DNA from: Trypanosoma brucei
Taxonomy: Eukaryota
DNA length: 64,000 nucleotides
NCBI GenBank assembly: GCA_000002445.1
Contig: CM000208.1
Location: 864,001-928,000 of the forward strand
Direction of reading: 5' to 3'
The notes below the pieces were generated by a model that was not told where the DNA came from, did not search any database, and saw only the letters and a program-made list of their open reading frames with translations. Below are positions 57,068 to 64,000 of this stretch, piece after piece (the first letter of the stretch is position 1; each line of letters opens with the position of its first letter). Position numbers and translations under genes: made by a program.

Positions 57068-58237
57068 ATGTCACCGAAGAAAAACTCGGCATCGCGACCA
57101 TCAAATAACGGTGGAGGCGGAAAAACAGGGGGAGGAAACGGCAATGTCAGTCACAGAACTGACAACGAACAGAGCGGGAATAATTTATCGGAGCGCATTA
57201 TCGCCAATGAATCCCTCCTTGCAACAGAAAGTGAGAGGCATGCCACCTCTAAAAGTCTTTATGGGGATTGCACTGCACGAATATCAGGGAATCTATCCTG
57301 TATTCACGATCGTGTCCGACTGCGAGCATACGAGTCTGTACTGAGGAGTATCAAAGGCAAATCTGTATTGCACTTGGGGTGCGGAATGGGGTTGGTTTCC
57401 ATGATTGCAGCGCGAAGCCTCGCCTCCGCTGTTGTTGCAGTGGACCGTTCCGCAATTGTAGACGCCGCGCAAGTGGTGGCGAAGAAAAATGGGTTAAACA
57501 ATATTAGTTTCTTCCGGGGTGCTCTTGTGGACGTTGTTCAAAACTTTCCCGTGCGGCAGTTTGACGTCATCATCTGTGAATGGATGGGACCATTCTTGAT
57601 CAATGACCCACTGCTAGAAGAGGCTCTTTATGCCCGTAATAATTTACTCGCGAGCAACGGTGTTATGTGTCCTGACAGTTCATCCATTCACGTTGTCGGC
57701 GTCAGTGATTATTGTTTTCACATGGATACCGTGGAATTCTGGGGTAACGTATATGGTTTCAAGATGGAACCGATGAAAGCACTTGTGCAACGGGAGGTGG
57801 AGATGTGTCGTGTCCCCACCTCTAGTATCGTTACCACTACGTGTCTTGCCCACACAGTCAATATCGCATCGATTAACAATTTGGATGATAAATCGAGTTT
57901 GAACGATTTTGTGGTGCCCTTCAGCGTGCGAGCAACCAAAGACACGACGGTTAACTTTCTCACATTTTACATAGACGCCCGTTTCACCAACCCTCACGAT
58001 CCCGGTGCTAATTTTGTGTTGGGCGTCCGTCCAGGTGGCACCAATCCGTGGACGGAAACGAGTGTTGCTCTTCATGAACCCCTTCCACTGAAGGGTGGCG
58101 AAGTGTTGAGCGGTGAGTTGAAGGTGTGTTTGTTGAACCCAACTCGGGGAATTACAACCGTAGAGGTGACCGCACGCACGTCTGGTAATGTTGTAAACAT
58201 TGAGACAAAAGGCACGTACAACTACCAAAGGTATTGA
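57068..58237 (+). CDS. Protein arginine N-methyltransferase-like class I SAM-dependent methyltransferase with degenerate double-E and THW loops, possibly a catalytically inactive PRMT prozyme-type subunit.
   Basis: Motif I VLHLGCGMGLVSMIAA, post-I VVAVDRS, double-E-loop region FDVIICEWMGPFLINDPLLEE and a PRMT-type beta-barrel C-terminus. The canonical THW is replaced by TNPW. The start is placed at ATG 57068 (MSPKKNSASRP...) after the poly-T tract at 56941-56952. The alternative ATG 56933 and the track TTG at 56912 lie inside the pyrimidine tract. Confidence 0.7.
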   Translation: MSPKKNSASRPSNNGGGGKTGGGNGNVSHRTDNEQSGNNLSERIIANESLLATESERHATSKSLYGDCTARISGNLSCIHDRVRLRAYESVLRSIKGKSVLHLGCGMGLVSMIAARSLASAVVAVDRSAIVDAAQVVAKKNGLNNISFFRGALVDVVQNFPVRQFDVIICEWMGPFLINDPLLEEALYARNNLLASNGVMCPDSSSIHVVGVSDYCFHMDTVEFWGNVYGFKMEPMKALVQREVEMCRVPTSSIVTTTCLAHTVNIASINNLDDKSSLNDFVVPFSVRATKDTTVNFLTFYIDARFTNPHDPGANFVLGVRPGGTNPWTETSVALHEPLPLKGGEVLSGELKVCLLNPTRGITTVEVTARTSGNVVNIETKGTYNYQRY

Positions 58238-59571
58238 TGTGTTGTGCGGAGCGTCGTGAAATAGGTGGATCACCTTGGCCGTTTGCACTTGCACTAAATT
58301 TCATGGAGGAGGCAAATGCAATACCCGTTTTTACGCACCGTGGTCAAGGTGTGTGGAATAACAAAACACAGGTGGAAGAGTTTTTTTTAAAAAAAGGAAT
58401 GAGTGCGTTCAGACGCACATACATGTGTCCGTGGTTGCGGGGAGCGGGTAAGAACGATGATGATGATAATAATAATAATGGTAATAATAAGTAACGGTAT
58501 CCAAACGAGGGATTACTTTCTTGTAAAAGGTGTAATCTACAACGCGTGTATGGGGGTATTTAGCCTTAACAAGGCGTGAAATGGGGGAAATTGGGCGAAG
58601 GGGGACAGGCGAGTCGTGTGCAAGAACATGTTTTTGTGAATCAAATGAGAGAAGCAATGTCCTCACAGACTGTAGATTACCAACCGGTTTGTATGTTTGC
58701 TGCGTGGCAGCGTCTGTTTGTCTGCTTCTTTTTTTTTTTGTATCACTTTCCTTCCGTGTCTTTCCCCGTGAAACGGAGCGGGTACCTATGGATGGAAGAG
58801 TGTAGGGTAAGTAAATGAACGGAAATAGTTGAACACTGCAAATAGGATCAGTAATAACAACGCGATGTGTGGTGAAAGAGAGGAGGAGCACGTGGAAAAA
58901 TAACAATAATAACACTCACAAACTTAAAAGAAGAGAAATGAGGTTACAAAGGGTCTTTTTTTTTTTTGAGGAAAGCACTCTTATAACCCACAAAGATGTC
59001 GAAATAACCGACTTACAACCAGTGATATGAGCAAAAAGAGGGATATGGGGGAAAATATGAACAAATGGGGTCTGAAAGGGAGCTGATGAGGTTGTTTCTG
59101 TGTACCCATTTGCAGTTTGTAGCTTCACCTTCTTCCTTTTGTTTGCACATATGTTGCCGTCGGTTGATGTTTGTTCAACTGCGCCGCGTTTGAAATCCGT
59201 TAACCTTGTGGAAAGGGAGGGCTAGTTTGCACTAATGTTGCTCTCTGATGTCCTCTGAAAAAAAAAAAAAGTGTAAAGAACTTGATGAGAAATCACGATC
59301 CTGGGAAAGGATTATGGGGGAGCAGGGAAGTAATTTGTTGTGTCACTCGGGGTCCTTTGGCAGTGTTGCGGTAGTGGCACATTTACTTGGTTTTACCTTT
59401 TCTGACTGTCGTACGAAGCTGTTTCTTTGGAACGGCCCCTGGTATAGCCATCACCAATTGCCAGCCAGCATAAATAAATGCTGGAAGCAACCGTCGGGAA
59501 AAAGCTAACAAACAGTTTCTCTGCTTCCTGTGCCCACATGTGTAAATACATACATATATATATGCGTATGA

Positions 59572-62358
59572 ATGCTTCTCTCCACTTGTGTGTTTTCCAC
59601 TATGACATGTAGTATACGCAAAAAAAAACCGCATATGTTGCGCCGCAGTCGCTTGCACCTGCTAGCGGACTACCGCACGTCGTCCAAGATATCAGATGAA
59701 TTTAACAACGTATTGAATCGGAGCGGATGGGGGTTTGATCATGTCGCCGTCGACGTCGGATCTCTCTCCGGCGCGGCAGGACGTTTGACACGCGACCTTA
59801 TTGGCCAGGAGCGCGATGCGGAAACGGTGAAAATTATTCACAAACAAATCACAAATGTAATTTTGCGTCGTATTCAACCGAAGAAGTCACTCGCAATTTT
59901 CATTGACGGAAGTGAGCCGTTATGGAAAGTGCGTCACATGCGGTTATATCCGGGAAAGAAATTTGAGGGAAAGTTCTACCGGAGTGCAGCGTCGCCCATG
60001 GTTTATTCGCTTGAAGACAAACTTCGTTGTGTGGGTCCGGATCTGCGGACACCACCAAAGGAGTTTATTGTAAGTGGACCGGCAGCACCGGGGCCGGTGG
60101 AGGCAAAACTCTCTGCGTGGATGCTTGACCTCGCGACCCGTGCACTTCCGGATGGAGCGGTAACGACCCCTACAGTTACCGGAGCGGCTGCGGCTGCTTC
60201 TGCCTCGGCAGGGCCACCTGAAGTAACATTCAACGACACATTTTGCCTCATTGGAGGTAATGATGCGTTTCTATCCGCCCTCGGCGCAACACCCTTTCAC
60301 AACATCACTACCGTAACACTTCAGCAAGGAGAGATGAAATCCCTTTCCTTGAGTGAGGCACTGGAGTGGTTTGCGATGGATCATCTACTGAAAGGCGAAA
60401 CATCAATCGGTTCTGGAGGGAATGAACTTCAGAAGAGGTTGGCTTCTGTACGCACAGACATTGTACTCCTGTACTTGATGGCGAATGGTATTAGCGCGAC
60501 AGATCTTCCCGGCCTGGGCGTGAACTTCAAGGATTTGATGGAAGCCTACACTGCAGAGGAGGCTAACAAACTCTACTTATTCGGGAAAACATCTGAAGAG
60601 CGATGTTTGCGGATGTGCCCCCTTAACCTTGAGCGTGTACTAACCCACGCTACTCGGAGGACATCAACACCGACTCGTTTTTGTCAGCAGTCCGCGGATT
60701 ACCTCGAGATTCTTCTACAAACCCACTCCATGATATGCGATGGAGGCATCAAGAATTTTCGGTGGACACCCAACGACAATGACGCCGTCCCGGAGAAGCA
60801 ACCTAAAATTCCCATTGAGCGCTTTATTGGTCATCTGAAACATCTGGCTGCGCAGGGCGGAGAAACCACCGCCGTCGCTGATGTCGGGAGCACTGAACCG
60901 GGTCTTGCTGCCTCCGTCGATTGGACATTTGCGCTGACAGGGATTGAGACACTGCTTTTGAGCGCCCCCAAGGCAGAAATGATCGATCAAATTATTCCCG
61001 TATTCACAAAAGGTCACACACTTCCCGATGGCGTTGCCCAGGATATCGTGGACACGAAGAACGTCGTGGAAGCTCTTCACAAAGTGCGTCGTGTGCTACA
61101 GGTTGTTGTGACAAGCGACAACAGTGGTAATGATGACGGCAGAATAGAGCACCCAGCCTTTAACCACTATCCGACTCACTACTTTGTGCGGACCCCAGGT
61201 TCCCGCGGGCCCCCTCCTGGGTGGACGTACAAAAGTGTCAATCTGGGGGTGCGAGCCGTCGCTCTTGGCGTGAGGCACCGTGTCGCTTCGGGAATGTTGA
61301 CGGCGGCTTCTCGAGTGCTTGACAGTGGTGGCGTCTCCTCCAAGAATTCTCTCTTTGTATTTCATGTGAAGGACGGTATAACAACCCCCAGTGGCGGGGG
61401 AAACGAGGATGGCTGGTTAGAGACACCGTGCCATGAGCTGGCTGGCTCCTCTGCAAACCCAGCATCCAAGGAGATTTCAACGCTTCGGGTGGTAACCTGG
61501 AACGTGCAGTTTAGTCGTCACAGTGGCGAGCGGACGCCGTTAGGGCGTGATGGAATTGATTGGTGCACTTCAACAAGGTACGTGGCACTCGCCCAAACAT
61601 TGGAGGGGCTTGACGCTGATGTTATTGGTATGCAGGAAGTAGAGCCAGCATGGTGCAAGTATCTGTCGCAACAACCGTGGGTACGGGAGAAGTATGCCAT
61701 GACTTGCTGTGAGCATAGTCACGCCATTCAACCTTGGGGAGTCATGTTACTCGTTAGACGGTCACTCTGCGTAACGTCTACACACCACGCAAATGTTCCC
61801 GCTTTTTCAGGACATACGAGTGTGATGCCGGAAGTCACAGTGGTTGTGTCTGAAGGTGTTCCGGTGACGGTGGGTTCGATGCACCTTCTTGCTCCTTATA
61901 ACCAGAACAACATCAGTAACCGCACAACTCAACTCGACAATTTAACGAAACGACTACGCACGCGACCCCCTATTAACGGTAAGCAAGCAGGATTAATTGT
62001 TATGGGTGATTTTAATGACTGCGCGAAGAATTACTTCACCTTTCCCCCGGAAATGGGCTTTAAAGACGCTTGGTTACTTCTTCACCCCGATGAAGGTGTG
62101 AGCAGCAAATCAGGCCACACCATTGATGGCGACCGAAATCCTTACGCCGCACAGATTATTGAGAAAGAATTCTATGGACGCGCGGACCGAGTATTGTTTT
62201 CCTCTCGAAACTTACAACCTATTCAAACTGAGATTATTGGGACGACCTCTGTCCGTGAGATGGGGATCACAAAACAGGTGGACATTGACAAGGACGTTCC
62301 GGAGTATTTGTACCCGTCTGACCATTTCGGTCTCCTTGTTGAGTTTCAGGTGGTTTAG
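59572..62358 (+). CDS. KREX2: Exonuclease with an N-terminal XRN-like 5'-3' exonuclease motif region and a C-terminal endonuclease/exonuclease/phosphatase (EEP) domain. Its architecture and N-terminal presequence match the kinetoplastid mitochondrial RNA-editing exonuclease KREX1/KREX2 family.
   Basis: N-terminus MLLSTCVFSTMTCSIRKKKPHMLRRSRLHLL is mitochondrial-presequence-like. FDHVAVDVGS...LAIFIDGSEPLWKVRHMRLYPGKKF resembles the XRN N-terminal motif (FDNLYLDMNGIIH...FMAVDGVAPRAKMNQQRSRRF). The C-terminus carries the EEP motifs LRVVTWNVQF, VIGMQEV, GDFND and SDHFGLLVEF. At 928 aa it is consistent with an editosome exoUase of about 100 kDa. The symbol is an inference. Confidence 0.65.
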   Translation: MLLSTCVFSTMTCSIRKKKPHMLRRSRLHLLADYRTSSKISDEFNNVLNRSGWGFDHVAVDVGSLSGAAGRLTRDLIGQERDAETVKIIHKQITNVILRRIQPKKSLAIFIDGSEPLWKVRHMRLYPGKKFEGKFYRSAASPMVYSLEDKLRCVGPDLRTPPKEFIVSGPAAPGPVEAKLSAWMLDLATRALPDGAVTTPTVTGAAAAASASAGPPEVTFNDTFCLIGGNDAFLSALGATPFHNITTVTLQQGEMKSLSLSEALEWFAMDHLLKGETSIGSGGNELQKRLASVRTDIVLLYLMANGISATDLPGLGVNFKDLMEAYTAEEANKLYLFGKTSEERCLRMCPLNLERVLTHATRRTSTPTRFCQQSADYLEILLQTHSMICDGGIKNFRWTPNDNDAVPEKQPKIPIERFIGHLKHLAAQGGETTAVADVGSTEPGLAASVDWTFALTGIETLLLSAPKAEMIDQIIPVFTKGHTLPDGVAQDIVDTKNVVEALHKVRRVLQVVVTSDNSGNDDGRIEHPAFNHYPTHYFVRTPGSRGPPPGWTYKSVNLGVRAVALGVRHRVASGMLTAASRVLDSGGVSSKNSLFVFHVKDGITTPSGGGNEDGWLETPCHELAGSSANPASKEISTLRVVTWNVQFSRHSGERTPLGRDGIDWCTSTRYVALAQTLEGLDADVIGMQEVEPAWCKYLSQQPWVREKYAMTCCEHSHAIQPWGVMLLVRRSLCVTSTHHANVPAFSGHTSVMPEVTVVVSEGVPVTVGSMHLLAPYNQNNISNRTTQLDNLTKRLRTRPPINGKQAGLIVMGDFNDCAKNYFTFPPEMGFKDAWLLLHPDEGVSSKSGHTIDGDRNPYAAQIIEKEFYGRADRVLFSSRNLQPIQTEIIGTTSVREMGITKQVDIDKDVPEYLYPSDHFGLLVEFQVV
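61480..62355 (+). other. EEP (endonuclease/exonuclease/phosphatase) catalytic domain inside the KREX2-like CDS.
   Basis: Contains the WNV...MQEV...GDFN...SDH motif series. Confidence 0.7.
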
Positions 62359-62749
62359 CCCTCGGCATCCCGCTCACTGCCATTTGTGACCTTTCCGCTC
62401 TTCACATCGAATACCGATTTGAGTCCCCCCACATAGCAAGGTTTTAGGGCGGCAAAGTTGTTCAACGGGAGGGAAAGCTGTATTGTTTGTCTAAAAGTAG
62501 TCACTGAGCGGCTACACGTGTAAAACTGTAAGGTGGTGCATGCGTCTTGGCGACTATGACTCCACACATCAGATATTAAGATCTTATCATTTCACACTCG
62601 AGTTGAGGCTCTATTTTCCCCTTTTACCCCTATGTTTGTTTCGTTCACGATACTTTGTGGTTGCTCAAAGTGGCAACTGCACACGGTCTAGGAATAAGGA
62701 AAAGCCACTTGTCCCACCCTGTTCACTTTTCTTCCTCTCGATTTGCGCC

Positions 62750-63724
62750 ATGTCGTTTCGCTATACGAACAACTTAATAGGTGCTCTGAAGCATCGGCTA
62801 CTTTTGGAGAGCTCCTACCGCGAGATTGCAAGTAGGAAGTTCATCGGTAATTGCAGGGGTGTGGAAGTTGTTTGTAGTGGCTACGGCACTGTTCTTGCTG
62901 TCCAACTAACTGACAAGGCCGTGTGGGAGCCTTTTTATCGTAAGGGTGGTCGACCCACTGTTTCGGGCGGAGGTGATGTTAGTGGCGATGCGGAGACGGG
63001 AACACAAGGATCCGCAACCACCACAGGGGCTACAGGGTCACTGGATTTGGACAAGTTAGCGGAGAGCATAAAAACCGCTTTGTGGGATGCCACGCGGAAA
63101 ATACGGTCAGCGAAGGAAGCAGCACTGCATCGAAGTCTTTCCCATAACACGCGAATGCGGGCATCGGCCGACCTGAAGCACTGGTATGAAGAGGATGCGA
63201 ACACTCTCCGTCCGTTGGCATTCGAAGCGTTGAAGCATGAAGCTGCTACCCCATGGATGCAGCTCGTTCAACACGGAAAGAAGGAGGAGGCGGCTGCGCT
63301 ACTGAAAGAATTCGAACAAAAGGGGGACGCAGCAGAAGCGACACCAACCCGAGTTAAAGACGACAGAGTTAAGGGAACCCGGACGGAATTGAGTAACCGA
63401 GAGCAACCTCCCCTCGCATCCACGTTGAAGGCTGAGGATAGCAACCCAGCGACGATACCAATTGGATCCGTTCACCCACTGTTCACTCCCGCCCTCGTTC
63501 AAATAGAAGAGGCTGGAAGCGGCTCCGTGAGCAATGAAGCCGTTTGCCGCGCGCAGTTGTGGGAGCTTTCGCGTGATGAGCAATTGTTCTGGGAACGTGT
63601 TGAGCTTATTCGCAAGGGCCAGGTCGCCTCCATTGGTAGCAGCCACAAACGCGGTTACGCGGACGAAGCGGCATTTGCCAAGGACGACACAGAAGAAAAA
63701 GTGCAACTCCGGTTTACGCAGTAG
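62750..63724 (+). CDS. Hypothetical protein of about 324 aa from ATG 62750. The ORF is open from ATG 62540.
   Basis: A + strand ORF. The stretch 62600-62745 is a polypyrimidine-rich probable 5' processing region, so the downstream ATG (MSFRYTNNLIG...) is preferred. Charged, Ala/Glu-rich protein with no recognisable domain. Confidence 0.45.
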   Translation: MSFRYTNNLIGALKHRLLLESSYREIASRKFIGNCRGVEVVCSGYGTVLAVQLTDKAVWEPFYRKGGRPTVSGGGDVSGDAETGTQGSATTTGATGSLDLDKLAESIKTALWDATRKIRSAKEAALHRSLSHNTRMRASADLKHWYEEDANTLRPLAFEALKHEAATPWMQLVQHGKKEEAAALLKEFEQKGDAAEATPTRVKDDRVKGTRTELSNREQPPLASTLKAEDSNPATIPIGSVHPLFTPALVQIEEAGSGSVSNEAVCRAQLWELSRDEQLFWERVELIRKGQVASIGSSHKRGYADEAAFAKDDTEEKVQLRFTQ

Positions 63725-64000
63725 GCCTCACGACTCCGTACATGCGCATGTTTGTCTCTTAAAGGGAAACTTTTGACTAATGACTTGCATGTTGCAATGT
63801 GAGGAAAAGGTCCCTTTCGCACACGTAAACACGTCTTTACACGACACGCGGTTCTTGTGCATTCGCGCCTGCGTTACCACAGTTGTGTCGCCAACCCACT
63901 TGTTCCGCAAATTTGCTGCGCTGCTCATTCTTTGTTGTATTTCTCCCCCGTGGTTTCTTCTTTTTTTCTTCTTTTTTCTTCGTTTATACCCCACAATCAG

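Noticed and set aside
62540-62749. Upstream ATG extension of the last gene (MRLGDYDS...).
   Set aside because: The extension runs through polypyrimidine-rich sequence that looks like the trans-splicing signal region. The downstream ATG 62750 is preferred, but the longer form cannot be excluded without spliced-leader site data.
1-64000. Prokaryotic-style features: CRISPR arrays, operons with RBS, rho-independent terminators, IS elements.
   Set aside because: The sequence is clearly eukaryotic and kinetoplastid-like: long ORFs with AT-rich pyrimidine spacers, an RS-domain splicing factor and proteasome and editosome genes. No direct-repeat/spacer arrays or inverted-repeat-bounded elements were seen.

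Overview
This window reads as a eukaryotic, kinetoplastid-type chromosomal core region, most likely from a Trypanosoma brucei-like genome. Coding sequence is roughly 50% GC, while intergenic sequence is very AT-rich and full of poly-T and polypyrimidine tracts, homopolymers and (TA)n, (GT)n and (CT)n microsatellites. About 20 protein-coding genes are present and every one lies on the + strand, which is the signature of a single polycistronic transcription unit. All minus-strand ORFs are short, nested inside conserved + strand genes, and judged spurious. The ORF track renders non-ATG starts (TTG, GTG) as M, so I moved gene starts to the first in-frame ATG where that applied (9482, 15336, 23329, 32238, 34806, 45084, 53103, 57068).

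Recognisable products, in order along the window:
- MFS-type transporter.
- A large hypothetical protein.
- Two tandem, coding-identical 60S acidic ribosomal P1 genes.
- A 1272-aa protein ending in a clear TLDc domain.
- A hypothetical protein.
- A signal-peptide polytopic membrane protein.
- An ankyrin-repeat polytopic membrane protein whose reading frame is broken by a 2-nt slip at a CTCTC motif.
- A polytopic membrane protein.
- A dual-specificity phosphatase (HCSAGMHRS).
- An RS-domain plus RRM/UHM splicing factor resembling U2AF65.
- An 1802-aa hypothetical protein with a mitochondrial-like presequence.
- Proteasome regulatory ATPase RPT4.
- Two hypothetical proteins.
- A DDX11/Chl1 (Rad3/XPD-family) helicase.
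- A PRMT-like class I methyltransferase with degenerate catalytic loops.
- A KREX2-like exonuclease with an XRN-like N-terminus and an EEP C-terminus.
- A final hypothetical protein.

The gene order U2AF65-like ... helicase, PRMT-like, KREX2-like matches my recollection of T. brucei chromosome 10; I cannot verify this here.

I found no rRNA, tRNA, CRISPR, transposon or prokaryotic-style features. The items most worth a second look are the frameshifted ankyrin gene, the perfectly homogenised P1 duplicate with diverged flanks, a 6.6 kb ORF-free AT-rich tract at 16.7-23.3 kb, and a GC-normal island carrying ATCGAT palindromes inside a 2 kb AT-rich spacer. I did not recognise any previously undescribed multi-gene system in this window.
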